16,375 nt of DNA from an uncultured Deferribacteres bacterium. GTDB taxonomy: Bacteria; Zhuqueibacterota; Zhuqueibacteria; Zhuqueibacterales; Geothermadaptataceae. Location of the stretch: positions 1 to 16,375 of the forward strand of contig CAXHAT010000177.1 in the NCBI GenBank assembly GCA_964014485.1, read 5' to 3'. The notes below the pieces were generated by a model, which was not told where the DNA came from, did not search any database, and saw nothing but the letters and a program-made list of their open reading frames with translations. A program made the position numbers and the translations under genes. Of the stretch, positions 15,700-16,375 are shown piece by piece (positions within the stretch are counted from its first letter, which is position 1; each line of letters starts with the position of its first letter).

Positions 15700-15818
15700 G
15701 GGCTGTCCAAAAACATGGCTTTTGAATGAGAGACATACCGAAAGTAGGGTTTCAAAATCTTGAACCCCTACGACATGTTTTATGCCTTGCATTCAGAGAC
15801 CATGTTTTTGGACAGCCC
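15700..15818. mobile_element. Family B MITE-like element with a central 28-bp GTAG REP (15744-15771)
   Basis: Perfect 19-bp TIR GGGCTGTCCAAAAACATGG (15700-15718) / CCATGTTTTTGGACAGCCC (15800-15818). Central GTAGGGTTTCAAAATCTTGAACCCCTAC. Confidence 0.8.
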
Positions 15819-15870
15819 TTCTGCCGAGGCGGCAAGACCGCAGTCAAAGGCTGAAGCGTTTGATTCCGAG

Positions 15871-16374
15871 CTATTTCGACATACACCGTTTCGCAAAAAA
15901 GTAAACCAACGCGCCAAAAGCGACGACGGCCAGCAACGGCGAAAACGCACCCGCCCATTCGAAGCCGTAACCTTCCGGCTTGTGCCCTTGAATAAAAACC
16001 ATCGCAGCGATTCCAACGCCGAGCAATCCTTCGCCGCCGACGAGTCCGGAGCCGAAGAGAATGCCTTTTTCTCGACGCTCATCTTTTTCTTCGCTCGATG
16101 AAGCGCGTTTCTCCATAAAATAACGCAGCAATCCGCCAAGAAAAACCGCCATTGTCGTTTTTACCGGCAAATAGACGCCGACGGCAAACGGCAGACTGGG
16201 AATTTTGAAGAGTTCGCAAATGACCGCAATCGCGGCGCCAATGCCGACCAGCCCCCACGGCAACGCCTGGTCAAAAATGCCTTCAATCACCAATTTCATC
16301 AAGGTGGCTTGCGGCGCGGCTAGTTCAGGAGAGCCAAAAGTGTAGGCTTCGCCGAGCAAAATCACCGCGAGGCT
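15871..16374 (-). CDS. OPT family oligopeptide transporter, C-terminal part (5' end outside the window)
   Basis: LAAPQATLM, LPWGLVGIG, LPFAVGVYLP, GILFGSGLVGGEGL are OPT-family C-terminal motifs. The frame is open to the window edge. Confidence 0.9.
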   Translation of the reverse strand, partial: SLAVILLGEAYTFGSPELAAPQATLMKLVIEGIFDQALPWGLVGIGAAIAVICELFKIPSLPFAVGVYLPVKTTMAVFLGGLLRYFMEKRASSSEEKDERREKGILFGSGLVGGEGLLGVGIAAMVFIQGHKPEGYGFEWAGAFSPLLAVVAFGALVYFFAKRCMSK

Positions 16375-16375
16375 A

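Noticed and set aside
2823..15771. 28-bp palindromic repeats as a CRISPR array
   Set aside because: Copies are kilobases apart, with no regular repeat-spacer units and no cas genes.
15412..16139. ORFs 15412-15630, 15455-15763, 15752-15958, 15760-16101 and 15780-16139
   Set aside because: They overlap MITE-like elements or the OPT gene in other frames, and show no transposase motifs.

Overview
Bacterial metagenome contig end, about 50% GC. A C-terminal NYPNPFNP/FlgD-type sorting domain suggests an FCB-related lineage such as KSB1, Calditrichota or Ignavibacteria (inference). Bases 1-44 are untrimmed Illumina Nextera adapter plus probable index, fused to the 5' fragment of pdxJ. Coding content: an SGNH hydrolase; homoserine dehydrogenase; an ECF sigma / zinc-binding anti-sigma / DUF4097 beta-solenoid module with a candidate ECF promoter; an outer-membrane beta-barrel; a 1.2-kaa secreted CotH-kinase/LTD protein; a five-gene operon (lipoprotein, NAD-binding epimerase-like, MBL hydrolase, bestrophin-like, MaoC dehydratase); and a partial OPT transporter. 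The most unusual feature is the intergenic DNA. Most of the larger spacers hold small palindromic elements from several families: five 28-bp GTAG-type REPs, a four-hairpin REPIN-like unit, a 91-bp TGTCAT element with a compensatory change, MITE-like shells and 8-mer-period hairpins. Several are nested inside one another, and the nested layout occurs twice. No transposase is present in the window.
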